Source: Oopsacas minuta (lineage: Eukaryota > Animalia > Porifera). Taken from it: a stretch of 64,000 bases of DNA. The notes beneath the pieces are model-generated. The model was not told the origin of the DNA. It did not search any database and saw only the letters and a program-made list of their open reading frames with translations. The DNA lies in contig JAKMXF010000222.1 of the NCBI GenBank assembly GCA_024704765.1, forward strand, positions 806,001-870,000, in the 5' to 3' direction. This document shows, piece after piece, positions 1-12,745 of this stretch. Every line of letters begins with the position of its first letter. The stretch's first letter is position 1. Position numbers and translations under genes: made by a program.

Positions 1-135
1 TTTGGTTTAGCTTTTGTGCAGGAAATAGATGTGATCCCTGGGATGAAGAACTAGTCGATTCACTAAGTGATGAGCTAGTAGATTGATGTGAGCGATTTTC
101 AAAACTACTTTGCAAGGACGTGGGTTGGCATAAAC
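1..135 (+). mobile_element. Fragment of a MULE-type transposase (frameshifted, runs off the window edge)
   Basis: Piecing frames gives FGLAFV..DVIP..EELVDSLSDELVD..SDFQNYFARTWVG, resembling the LAFxP..DV...F..YFExTWIG segment of MULE transposases. Short, no termini. Confidence 0.45.
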
Positions 136-550
136 AGTCTGTAATATATTCATTCCGCATTTAGGATATCCCCCATGACATGTCACATAATTTTCTTCAA
201 TAAATGTATCTATATATTTCTTTTTCATATTCTACTAACACATTATCTGTTGGCTAATTAATTAATTAGATAGTTCACTATAATCATTATTCAAATTAGC
301 TAATTTATTTGCAAACGGTTTGCATGTAAGCGAACTGAAATACCAACATAAATTAAAGATTCCTTGGACAAATTGTTTACATTCAAACGAACCGAAGCAC
401 TAATAACATGATAGTCCTACTGCAAAAGCTCAAATCGTACGTAAAACATCTGGACAACTTTCAGGCACAAACCTGAAATATATCATTTAGGATATATTGG
501 TAGTCAAATGCAATAAAATCGCTTTGTGCGTACTTGTGAGTGTCTAATCC

Positions 551-698
551 CAGGGCCGTCGGAAGTGGGGTGGCTAGTGCGGTCTTGGCCGCACTACTTT
601 TGTATGAAATAACATTAGTTTTATGAGCCATGAGTCTGCATAACCCCAGACTCATGGCTCATAGCGCCCAACTTTCCCATGGGCTTCCTACGACCCTG
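551..698. mobile_element. 148-bp hAT-like MITE with internal hairpins
   Basis: Left end CAGGGCCGTCGGAAG; right end reverse-complements to CAGGGTCGTAGGAAG (13/15). Subterminal palindrome TAGTGCGG..CCGCACTA. Flanking 8-mers TCTAATCC/CCTAAGAC match only 5/8. A similar end (CTCCTACGACCCTG) occurs at ~53176-53189. Confidence 0.6.
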
Positions 699-1673
699 CC
701 TAAGACATTCAATTTTTACTTGTATCATCTAAATTTAAATTTTAAAACAATAGTTCACGCCACGAAACGCCACAAGTTTCAGCATCAATTACTTGCAGAT
801 GGCGAAAAAATCTTTTATATTGTCATCAAGTTTATATGGTTGCATAACTAACAATAATCGAGTCAATTGCCGTTTAACCCCTACGTAATCCAACAAGATG
901 TTTTAATGCATTTTTGTCATCTACTAGCTTTATTGACCGACAGGAAGAAGTCCCCCAGGAGTTGAATATTTCGGGGCTTAAAACTAGGTGCCCAAAAAGA
1001 ATCATCCGTGTTCGAAATGTAGCCTGCTAATTCAATCGCTTTCAGATTAACTTTTAATTGATATATTCGTCTTCAGCATCAAATTTCCAGCAGTTTGTTT
1101 TACATATTGACCACATTAAAAGGATTTAATTTTCCCAGCTACGTGAATATTCTTCAGGAATGTGTCAACATTCCCTTCTCAAAATCTGCACGAAACCTCA
1201 TTGAGTGACCCTTTGTTCAACGCCGCTGGGCTGAGTTTAGTTATGCACATGTCAACTCTCTAAATTATCTTTACAGACAGTTATATTAGAATTTCTAACT
1301 AAGCGAATCCTTCTTACATTGCATTGGTCACACGTAACGAGTAGGGCATCAGAATCTTTCGACCAAAGATAGTACGTTCCGGATCTAGATCCTCTTGGAG
1401 GATCGTCGATCCATTTGAAAAAGTAGGAACGTGATTGGGATCGGGAGCATAATTTCCTCATAAGATCCCCAGCCTTCAAAATATAGACAAGTAATAGTGT
1501 TATATTCCCAATTATGACTGAGTAATGAGCTTAAATTGTTATTCGTGACTCTCAGGTAACTATACTTATATTAAATAAAGATTCACAATCCAAAAGGAAG
1601 ATTAGAATACGCACGAAACCAGTTTTTCGTACTTATCAGTTTTAACTTCATGGATTTCTCAGATGGTATATAA

Positions 1674-2310
1674 CTAGTGAGCTGCGCTTGCTAGGTCGCT
1701 GCGCGACAGCTTAGTGCTTAAGTATTGGAAAGGATAAATTACATTTTGCTTTTGGTCGTTACGAGATGGAATATATTTGGCACTAAGTGCCTCGAATTCA
1801 CAAAATAGTTAATATTTTAAGATTATATTATCCATGGTCCATCCAAATTACATTCAATGGCTTTCTGTGGTGACACTGGAGATGCTAGGCCGCTTTTGAT
1901 TAGTAATCTTGGCACTTCTTGCCACGGGTATTAAGAAATTTTGACATTTCCAAATTTGGATAATTTGGATTATTTTGTACTGTCATGATGACGTACTAAT
2001 CCCATGTTGAGTTACTTTTTGTTCAGAATCATGACGTGGGAAATCAGTCACCTTGAGGGATTCCTGTGATTCAAATTTCAACTCCTATCATATATATAGG
2101 CTGAGCAGTGGTTAATAATGTGATTTTTCGAATATTCAAGTGGACAATAATGTCATAAAAATTAGTCGCATTTGTAAATTTCGTCCAAGACTCGAAATTG
2201 TCCGAGCTAGGCCCAGAATACCCCTGTATGCCAAAAGTCAGCTCTGAGCGTCCTCCACTTTTTCAATTAATTCTGGACACACAATATATATACACTTATA
2301 TTTATATAGA
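1674..2310 (-). mobile_element. Non-autonomous Helitron-like element, copy A
   Basis: Minus strand starts TCTATATAAATATAAG and ends GTCGCGCAGCGAC hairpin...CTAG|T. About 80% identical by eye to 15996-16554 (+), with shared blocks such as ATCCATGGTCCATCCAAATTACATTCAAT and TTTTGGCATACAGGGGTATT. Confidence 0.6.
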
Positions 2311-2432
2311 CATAGCCACAGCCTACGTAATTATAGTCTATTCATGGTATTGAACCATGGATTACTTTAAGTCTTAAATCCAAAATATCAACAATTGTGG
2401 TACATGATGAAATGACATTAATTTATAGCCTA

Positions 2433-4575
2433 CATGGAATATTATACAATAGAGGTGGATAGTGGTGATGATTATTTATCACTATAACTAACTAGAATAG
2501 CTATAAACAAACTGTATATTAAAATTATAAGGAACAAAATACATATGTACTAGAAAATACTAGCACTATTTTCAGACTGTAAATTTGGTAGTTTCCTGTT
2601 TAATTCACGGCGGCATTTTTCCAAGTTCCTTTTCGAGTCTAGACTGCGAACTTTGTTCTTCAATAAACAATTGCTGGTGGAGGTAGTATTTTGCTGAGAT
2701 AACAATGGAATGGTGTTTGACAACTATGGCACTCAAATCTCCAAAAATCAAAATTCTCAAATTTAATTCTCGAAATTGAGAGTTAAATAAGAATAGTTTT
2801 ACTGGTACCAGCAAAAAATTGTCTCATCAGTCGATTGTCCGGTTCGATTCTATGTAGGATTTTAACAGAGTAATTACTGCATTGACAACTTCATCTGAAT
2901 GATATTTAAGCCTCCTCAGTCAGCTAAGTGTATTAGATTCAATTCAGAACCTTCACTCTCCAGGGCAAAGGTTTTACTTGTGTGAGAAAAGATACACAAC
3001 TGTTACATAATGAAGTGATGGAAATGGAATAGCTTTCTTTGGATCCATTTTGATTTCAAATACTGTATATATGATATCCAGCAATGAAAGCCAAGGGAAG
3101 GCAAACTCCTGTCATCAGTGAAAAATCAAAGTTCTGATGGAAAAGAGAATATATGTTCTGGTCTGTTTGGAGTGTTTCAGTATTATCGTATCAGGTTCGT
3201 TGTTATATGAGTACATCTTAACAAATTCCTTTACCGAAGTCTCAAATTTGCTGTTTTGAGCTATGTATAACTTTAAGATGATAGATACTTTAATTCTACG
3301 TTCACTCTCAAAGTATTTGGCAGACGGAAATGTTGTAATTACAGCCAGACATGAATCTGTAAACCCCAGCGTTTATCAAGAGAATCGTTTTGTAGAAATC
3401 CACAATCACTGATTGTTAAATGGTTAATGATTCTTGGTATAACTTGACAAGTGTGAATTATCAGTAAACTCAACACATAAACAAGATAATGTTGAGATTG
3501 GTATCAATACTGCTATTCATTCAGTTAGATCTACCATAGAAAAATTTAGAACTTGTGAAGAGATTCCCAGAGCACGAAAATCTTCAATCGACTTCAATTT
3601 ATTTCTCTCATTACCAAATAATGGAAGATGTGTAATATTCATAGTCCAGGGAAAGATATTCGACTACGCGATCTTGATTCAAAGTTTTTCCAGCTTGAAG
3701 ATGATAGTTTTGTGTTCTTTTCAAAGTTTCTATTTTGACTTCAAGATTGGAAGAGCTATAGTTGTAGTGGTTGAGCTGGAAACTTAGTCACAAACATTTA
3801 CCAGCTTAAATTTGACGAATATCAGAAAGGCAAAGTTATTATGGATCGAACATCAACTTCCTATACAAAACACCTCACTTGTAAAGCATCATCAATACAG
3901 ATCTGATGAGATATAGTCAATAGTGATCCAGATAGTACCTTCTTGAAAATACACAATGTACCCTGGCTTGAGGGAATATAAGTCTATATTTCAGTTAAAA
4001 TAATTGTCGTATACTTTAGCTGGATGTCATCAATATTAGAAACAGAAAAGCTATTGTTTTCTTTTTATGTTCATCACGACTCAACTCAAGAGCATGACGA
4101 AAATGTCGGATATCAATTTCATTTCGGTCCATACGATCAAGTTGTTTAGAAGATCCTTGTAAATAAGAAGGGCAGTTAGGTAGATTGACGGGCTTGGCAT
4201 GTTTCATAAGACCAGGCTTTCTTGAAACTTTCTCTACTGTACCATAGGAATATCGAAGTGAAGTGACACGTCATCGTCATTGAAATATTTCGAACAGATG
4301 AAGACTTGCCAATTCCCATGCATTATCTCTATGGAAAATCTTCGCCATTTATCCTGCAATTCTTTTGACCAATGATTCGCCATTTCAAACACTGGACTTG
4401 TATAAGCACTCATATTATTATGTAAATTTTGTGATATCTATGAAACTTATCGGTTGCAGTTTCTGGTTGTCCTTTCTTGGGAGATAATTTTGCATTAATA
4501 CACGCCATTAGTGGCCAGATCCCTCTACGGGTATATTCTAGGTACCAATACCTAGAATATACCCGATTTCCCATG
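2433..4575 (-). mobile_element. Decayed, internally deleted P-element (THAP-domain) transposon
   Basis: Minus-strand pieces: THAP-like DKWRR...ICSKYF (~4280-4370), PVNLPNCPSYL (~4170), C-terminal LQNDSLDKRWG-YRFMSGCNYNISVCQILESERRIKV (~3270-3400), LAFIAGY (~3080), GGLKYxSDEVVNAV (~2900). Many stops and frameshifts. Possible ends CATGG...TAGAGG at 2433 and 4575; no TSD found. Confidence 0.7.
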
Positions 4576-5376
4576 CAGTAATAATACATTTGGATGTCAT
4601 ATCTCCACTCACTATGGTGTAATTTGAATATGACCATATTTGGTACCTCAGGAATGTACATACTTTGTCATGTCAATTTTATTTTGTGTATTTAAATATC
4701 AATAGGTAATTTAGTATGATTTCAGGAATCTTATTTGTAGTATTTATCGTTCTGAGGTGTATTTCAAAGATGAGCACATTTCCGCCAAAAATGCTAACTA
4801 AGCAACAAATTTCAAAAATAACGACAAAAACTTCGCATTTTGGGATTGATGAAATATATTTCTATAAATATGTAATATGTTTTTTTCTAGTAAAAACGTG
4901 ACACTTTGGAAATATAGAACTTCATTTTGTTCTAGTAGACCCAAGTTTCAAGACCTGAGTTCGACAGCCTACAGTCCTTATTTAATTTTATTGAAAATTA
5001 GCTAGATGTGTACTGCTTTGTTGGTGCCTTAATGTTTTATTTTATTTGCCGAACTGCTCATTTGTTTGTAGTTTATTTTAGAATTGTCAATAAAATCTAT
5101 TATTTTCTCAAACTTTAGTCTAGGAGGTTAGGTAGAGTAATACTGTACTGGGTTGACATAATCAAGAATATATTCCGATCTTACTATTCTTGCTTTTTAG
5201 AATGATATAATTGATGCTAAACACAATTTCCAATAACCTACACTGAACGACAATAACCCATCCATGGTACATGGGGTGCCAGTGCCTTAGTTTAGTAGAA
5301 TGCTATGGCTACACTTATCACTTCTTATTTTTTAATTTGATCTTTATGTTTGATACTCAGCTTTTAGAGTAAAATA

Positions 5377-5868
5377 ATGGTAGACTGCCTCTCACTTCTT
5401 CGTACTTATAATATAAATCGAAAAGAGATTGTTGAGAGGGATGATTTCATTATTTTCGATCAATCTGCATTTCCTCGTTCTACTAAAACTAATTATCAGA
5501 TTTTTAAAGCAGTAGTAGACAAGACACCTAAAGATTACTATACATTAGAGACCCTATTATTTCTCTTGAAGCATGCTTCAATGATACATGCCCATTACCT
5601 TCCCAAAGCTAATAACGCTAAAATCCCTCCCATCAGATTCCCTGATCGTCGATCACTTCTCAACTATTTGAATGGGGATATTGATACTGCTCCTGGAATT
5701 GATAAAAATGGGCCTATGGATATGCCTGTATCCCCCCCTTCTCTCAAGAGGAGCTTGGGTGTTACAGGAATTGATGAACCTATACACCGCCCTAGGCATG
5801 ATGATCAAAAGAAAAAGAGGCCAGCTACTAATGAACATATTGTCCTCAAATTGATTCCAGAAGATCAG
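5377..5868 (+). CDS. CDC73: Parafibromin (PAF1 complex subunit), exon 1
   Basis: MVDCLSLLRTYNINRKEIV..YYTLETLLFLL..IPPIRFPDRRSLLNYLNG matches the CDC73 N-terminus (human MADVLSVLRQYNIQKKEIV..YYTLDSILFLL..RRPDRKDLLGYLNG). Phase-0 donor CAG|GTATTT at 5869. Confidence 0.95.
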
Positions 5869-8800
5869 GTATTTGGCTTTAACTTGAATTGCATTAAATT
5901 TGCTTTTAACATAGTATCTTACCAAGAGACCCTCGCTAGTCAGAACAGGGTCTAAAGATTTTATCACCTTGGAAAATCTTCTAAAAATTTCTGAAATGCC
6001 ACATTGTATCTCATTTTAGTGCGAATTTATCCATAATACTACATATATATATACACGAGTGTGGAGTTGGCTGAAAATTCGACCAAGACAACTTAAGTCG
6101 TTAATTCCACCTTCTTTCTGGTATCAGATTGTCATTATTTTTATATCACACGAAATAGGAGAACCATTCGAAAGAAGAGATACGGACGTTTCTGAAAATG
6201 AATAATATTTTATAAACTTTAATTTTTCTAATAGAAATTGGTGCTAACTAACAGTTGTCCAAATATGAATTTAGAATACTTAAATGAGTTATTTTTTCCT
6301 GAAATCATGGGAATGCATTCCTGCTGTATGGACGTTTATGTATTTAAATTATTATGTTAAAATAGTCAAAGAGTTTTGAGATATTTAGGATTGGAATCTG
6401 TCTTCTTTGAGCCGAGTTTCTATTAGATTTATACTAACACAAATTATATGAAACATTGTAGTAACGCATACAGATTACTGCCAACTTCAACTGTTTGATG
6501 TAACACGAAATGATTTGTGAATTTAAATATAGTTTTCTTTATTGGTGAAGTGATATTAAGTTCAATAAACACGAAACCATTCATCAAAATACACAAAATA
6601 CATCAAATTATATGATTAGATGATCCTTGCATAGTCTTGATTTGTAGTGTTACGAATTAATGTATTTAGTTGTTGTGTACCTCTCAAGTAGGCAACAGAA
6701 GTTATGTAGCTATAAGGACTCGCATATATATTCTAGGTTAGATTATTTATCTTCACTTTTACTGTTATCTAAAGCTATATCTATCGTTCTTACTTGTCCC
6801 TTTCATTGTTCATCGCTCGTAGGGCGTAACATATTGCTTCAGATATATACTGTGTTGCAGAGCATTAAAGGAGTGCGCTCCTATTTTATTGGAAAATTTC
6901 ATTGTTGTTCTGTTGACATGGAGTTTTTGTATTATTACGAAAAACTGTATTATGGCTAAGCTATACATATATAAGGAATCAGATATAGAAATACATAAAT
7001 GAGGGGCAGGACACCAGGAGTTTGCCTGAATCTACTTAATTATTATATATAAGTAGTCCATGGCCTCCATTACACCCGGTTTTATTAGAGATTATACATG
7101 TGGGCGGTTTGTTGTTACCCTAGAAGCGAGACTCAAGTGTATCTACAATCACTACGTCCTCCAAGAATTTCAAATACACGTAGAATAGAACACAACCAAC
7201 TTCTGTTATAACAAACTTCAAAATACGTTCCTCCAGGTCTGATATAAGAACTTCAGTTAGGAATACATGCAAGTATTGTGAACATCATTTAAGACATTGG
7301 CACCCAGTTTTAGCAAACAAAATCAAACCTGGGAGGTTACCATACGAAATTGTTGCTCCATATATGTAAATTTTACATGAATACAGTCTAGCTCAAAGCC
7401 TGGGAAGTCCATAGACTCCAGAACCCCCTAAGGTACCCCAAACTTGGCGCCTATGTTAATATAGTAGACTCCGCTTAATAAGATCACATTGGTACCATGC
7501 TATTTTGATCCGATTTAGAGGAATCAAGGTGTTGGCCCAATTAACCAGATTATTTAACACTTTGTTCAGGATTATTACTTCAAACCTATACTATTTATCC
7601 GGGATCTATTCTTCTATAAATTCAAAACCCTAGTAATAATCAATTTACGAATTCATTACTATTCACACCAATATGTAATAACAAAAATTATCCAGCCAAA
7701 AGCCTGGTAGTAGTTCGTGCCTCTGAGCCATGTTTCTTACAAATCAACTAAATCATTTCTCTAGGGGTCCGAATACACGAGGCCCCGCTTATCAATTTCT
7801 TTATTTTCTTGCACCCCCCAGCGGATCCCAATCCTCCCTATAATATATTTCGACTATTGGAAATCTTTAATCAACCACGTCATTTACTTGTTGTTTTAAT
7901 GAATTATCTGGATTCTATTGAATATCCTTACATATATTTTAGATAATGCTATCTTAGTAAGTTCTTAGTTAATATTCAATTTTATTCTGTACTCTGGATA
8001 TTTTAACCGCCTAAATATTCCACCCGCCCCATTTATTCGGTCTCCTAGAGTGGTTAAATCAAATTTTATTATTAATTTGAAGACAAAATTGTTTTTATCT
8101 GTTTGTCTGTCTTTCTGTCTGTTCGTTGTCAAGCAAAGGCTTTGTATTAAATTCGAATCAATACTGAGATGTCATATATCCCTGCATTTATCATGTATAC
8201 ATCTATTTAAATCTATAAGATCATTAAAGAACAAAAAAATCTATTTTACTTTATTCTTATCCACATTTAGACACTTTTTATATCTACGTTATTAATCATA
8301 TGATTATTCATCACTTCTAAATACATTTGGTAATTTTTAGCTTCAATTTATACATTGAATTATGTTCATAATTGTATTTACTATCACATAATCTAGGATA
8401 TTAAGCCATTGTAAATTTGATTTCGGGAAACACCTGTCAAAATTCTAGGCCCGTCAAAATGCATTAGATCAGTACTCATATTTACGATTGAGATCGCCCC
8501 ATACCAAAACTATCGGTGTTAGATGGTCGTTCTAAATGATAAATCCCCCTTATTTTGCCTGACAATGAAAAAATATAATAGTTGACTTATGTGTAAACTA
8601 ATTTCGACAGTGGCATAGCCTCATAAAATATCTGGGGCTAAAGCGGCGTTCATAATTAAACGACTGATGATTTAGTTGATTGAACCATGACTCAGAGGTA
8701 CGAGCTGCACTTCCAGCCTGTCTGCTGGACATCTTGTGTTGATACATATTTGTATGAAAATTATTACTAGGGTTTTGACTTTTGGATAATTGATCGCTGA

Positions 8801-10629
8801 TAAATGGTATAGGTTTGAGGTAATAATTCTGAACGCTAAACTGAATAAAATCATGATAATCAGCATTCACAAAAATAGTTCTAAGTGGCTCACCACATAA
8901 TTATGTATGAATGATGGTACAGTATCAGAATTCGTAACTCAAAATTAGTCAAACTTTGATGAACTAGATCTCATAAGAGTGTCAACATTATTATACAAAG
9001 TTTTGCCACAGCAAACTTCCAATGTTCACAAACATTTGTAATTCGTTGAAAGTTCACTGATAAACTGTAAAAGAATCTTTGTTGTGCTCAAAAAGGTTAT
9101 ATAAACTATTTTAAAATTAAAGATAATTTTACATATTCATTAAAGTCCCTTTGAAATGTGAATTATGCATTGGGTAATTTCTACGTTAGAAGGTGGATCA
9201 TATTGAGCCGTATCTGCGGTACAAATTTAAATAATCTAACACACAGTGTGTCTTGACCTTTTTCGAACTGTCCCAATATTTATAGTTTAACTCATTATTT
9301 TTTCAAACATTTACAAAATATTCACACTTAGTGATTTTTATATTCATTAGAATGGATTGAAAATCAACTCAATTTATCATATTAAATTACAATTGCAAGT
9401 TATGGTTTGGATCAATAAACCACTACGTATTATTGGAATGATCTTTAGTTACAAATCAAAATATCAAATGACAATGCAGATGTAATATAAAACAGTACGC
9501 AAATATCATACATACTACATAGATTGAAGTGGACCCAAAAGTATTAAAAATAATATGTATAACTATATTGATTTTATAATACTCATTATAACAACTATAA
9601 TTGAAAATACGAGATTCCTTATACATGGCATCAGGCTCAGAAGTATCCAAGAAAATAAACTCAGAAATGATACATACATTTGGTTAATGGGTCAACCACA
9701 TGATTCCATCTATGGGCCTAAGTATCCAACGGATAACTAGATGCTTTGATGCTATTATTATCATCTGATGAATCTTGAGATGTTTATCACTAATTATCGT
9801 ATTGTAAATATCATTCCTCAAAAGGTATGCGAGTTTATTGACTTAGCTTGTATTCCTCCAAATCATCCTGCAAATTATCTCAAATTTTAAGTGATTTATG
9901 CAATGGCATACGCGAGAGCATTTAATTCTTTCTTGTTTCCTATTCTTCAAATGCAAAGAACCGGTTTTAATAGAAGTTGAAAGCAAATTTATGGATTCTA
10001 GAAACATCTGATTTAGAGTTGTAATTCATGAATTAAACTTCAAAATTTCAAGAGCTGTTTTATAACTCAATACAGAATAACGTAGATCAATAAACTAACG
10101 AAAGATTTTTGATATATCTATTCTTGGTAGCTTTCCATTACTGTCGAAAAAGTAAAGACATGGTGTGGATGGCCAGCAGGTTATTAGAGTATGAGCTTAC
10201 CAACTACAGCATTGCAACACAATGGTTATCAACCACTAAATGCGAATTATTACAAACATATAAGATTTCAGCGAAGAGGGCTTTTTATTATTATCTATGT
10301 TGTGATAATTATTAAATATTTACGTTTTGGGTAAATTTTCGCCACAATGCTGCTTCCCATAGTGCAATTATATGTATGCCAAGGCGTTAAATCTAGTTTG
10401 AATAAACAATAGACTATTCTGAACATTGAGAGTTAGTTTCGAATTAATTTTAGCACTACGTATAGACCTTTTACTCAATAATTACGCTATAAAATCAACA
10501 AATGCTGTTGTTACTTGTTTTGTCAATAACAACAATATTATTTATCGGGATATACTTGTACACTGTTGTAAGTGCACATGCCAAACTTGATTCTACATTG
10601 CAGGATATATGAGGGTATTATTATCATGT

Positions 10630-11005
10630 GCTCATTAATCGCACAATCACGATCGTGATAAATTTTTACCGATCGTAGGGTGATCGCCGATCATTTTATA
10701 TATAAGATAGCATCATTTTTTCCGAAAAACTTTCGATAATATTTTGCGATAGTTTTAGGCAGACAGAATTAGAATATTTGCGAATCTAAAAATGTATTTC
10801 AAAATTTATGTACTAATTTTCATAGCAATCAGATTGGTAGATTTCGTATCACTGCGGGACCGGACAGACGGAGGCACTTAATAGAGCATCTCATTATTTA
10901 TGAGGTCTCATAAATTTGAGCGATCAGAAAAATGATTTTTCGATTCTTTTTTGCACAAGGATCACGATCGCGATCATTAATTTTATGATCGACTAATCGC
11001 CTACA
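10630..11005. repeat. CGATCG-rich MITE-like repeat near the 3' end of CDC73 intron 1
   Basis: Dense (C)GATCG motifs, a perfect palindrome ATCACGATCGTGAT (10646-10659) and a near-palindrome GATCACGATCGCGATC (10960-10975). Termini not resolved. Confidence 0.4.
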
Positions 11006-11056
11006 TATAGGTTCCAACATACCATGATCTTTTTCATTCTTTTGCTTTAATTATAG

Positions 11057-11330
11057 ATTAAAAAGTCTGATCTCGGAAGTACAATGCCTGAAGGGAAGAT
11101 TAATGAGATTAAAACTAAGCGTTTCTTAAGAAAACGCACCACTATCCAGGCAGCTGATGATTTTGGATCTGGATTATCACATATCTCTGATGTTGGATTC
11201 ATAGAAGGTGAAGTGGACGTGGCTCGAGATATAATGGATAAAGAAAAATTATTGAGAAACAGATCTACTATCCTAGACAGTTCTGGGCTCATTTTCTCCA
11301 ACATACTCAGTATTCTTTCTCAAATTAAAG
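11057..11330 (+). CDS. CDC73: Parafibromin, exon 2
   Basis: Acceptor TTATAG|ATT at 11056, in frame with exon 1. KINEIKTKRFLRKRTTI..FIEGEVDVARDIMDKEKLLRNRSTILDSSG matches the CDC73 middle region. Phase-1 donor AAG|GTGAGA at 11331. Confidence 0.95.
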
Positions 11331-11382
11331 GTGAGATTTAATTTCTCATAATATTACTATTTTCTTATTCTTTTGTTTTTAG

Positions 11383-12164
11383 CATCTGAGGATGGACGAA
11401 TTAATGAGACGTCTGTCCCCAATAAATATTCAGCAATTACACAAGTTAATAGGTCTTCTGGTCGGCAACACACCTATAGTCGTTATTACCAAGAGCAGCA
11501 GCCTACAAAAGACGTTTCCGGATTTGAAATTGATACAACAGGTACGTATAGGATACAAAAATCAACAGCTTCGGATTCTTTTAAATTCCAACAGGGATCA
11601 GTTATATCCGGAAAAAGTGAAGAAGAGAGACAATCTGGTTCTAAGAGGGAGTCACGTACACCGATTATTATCGTACCTGCTGCCCTAACTGCTGTGATTA
11701 CCTTACAAAATGCTAAAGAATTCTTACAAGATGACAAATATATGGCGATGTCCGATATACAGATCCAATCAGTTGGAGATATCCTCATTCAACGCAGGAA
11801 AGTAGAACCTGGCACATCTAAGTTTTTCACTGCACCATACCGCATAATTGATTCTCCCGCAAAATTACGCCAAAACGATTGGAATAGAGTTGTCGCTGTG
11901 TTTGTTGCTGGACCACAATGGCAATTCAAAGGCTGGCCTGGCTTAGCTATTGATGGATCTCCCGTAGAGATTTTTGTGAAAATTTGTGCCTTTCATTTAA
12001 AATTTTTGGAAAGCCCATTGGAAACAAATATTCAAAAGTGGAATGTTACAGTTCTTGAAATTAGCAAGACTAAAAGGCATTTGGATAAAGTGGCCGTAAA
12101 CAAGTTCTGGGAAATTACTGATAAATCTATGTCACACAAGATAAAGAATTCGAATAAACTCTGA
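11383..12164 (+). CDS. CDC73: Parafibromin, exon 3 (C-terminal Ras-like domain)
   Basis: 52-bp intron ending TTTTTAG, frame preserved. RTPIIIVPAA..ITLQNAKEFLQD..DWNRVVAVFVAGPQWQFKGWP..KRHLDK are hallmark CDC73 C-domain motifs. Stop TGA at 12162-12164; total 1548 nt = 515 aa. Confidence 0.96.
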
Positions 12165-12264
12165 TTTTGTATTTGTTTATTTCTCTTTAGTTTATAACAT
12201 TTGTTTCTAAATTTCCTATGCCGGTTTCATGTGCTATATGTACTATATTTCCTGAGAAGCCTGA

Positions 12265-12745
12265 AAATGTTCTATAAAATACCGAAATTTGTCCTACAAC
12301 CCAGTTCACAATCTATACTAGATACAATTCAGGTCTGGAATTTGTCTTCACTCCAGTCCAAAATTTGTCCTACATTTAATTCAAGTCTGGAATTTCTTCT
12401 ACAATCTAGTTGGAATTTGTTCCTACAATCAAGTTAGGCTATTCTCTTTATATAATATCACTTGAGATCATTTAATATTGTTACCATAATGGGTGAGAAA
12501 GAGACATTAGGGAATCATTTTTTTGGTAGCTAATAGCTATTAAGGGTGTAGGTCACATGCGAAATATATACATCCACATGCGGAAACTAGGTAGTATTAA
12601 ATTAGTATATCCGCATGCTGCATGCAGAACTTGCGCAAGTTTTACCCTTTTCAAGGAATTTGTCCTACAACCTAAATTCCGAACTAGGTTGTAGGACAAA
12701 TTCCTGAATTGAAATATCTGTATGACACATTCCGAACTAGATTGC
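12265..12745. repeat. Cluster of AATTTGTCCTACA motifs and perfect palindromes downstream of CDC73
   Basis: Degenerate copies at 12286, 12339, 12362, 12391, 12414 and 12658, with an inverted copy at ~12689. 21-bp perfect stem at 12654-12705. The motif recurs inverted at ~47617 and ~47638. Confidence 0.7.

Noticed and set aside
1252-1479. ORF with YFFKWIDD and CDQC (GRF finger or piggyBac C-terminus?)
   Set aside because: Cys spacing fits neither family.
2403-2421. CATGATGAAATGACAT resembling the Drosophila P-element TIR
   Set aside because: No matching opposite end or TSD; a short AT-rich match that may be chance.
5653-5967. Antisense and alternate-frame ORFs overlapping CDC73, and similar shadow ORFs over transposases throughout the window
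   Set aside because: Explained by the real coding frame on the other strand or in another frame.
8598-8870. 90-aa antisense ORF in CDC73 intron 1 as a nested gene
   Set aside because: No recognisable domain or exon chain.
12265-12440. Spaced short repeats as a CRISPR-like array
   Set aside because: Repeats are degenerate, spacing is irregular, there are no cas genes and the context is eukaryotic.
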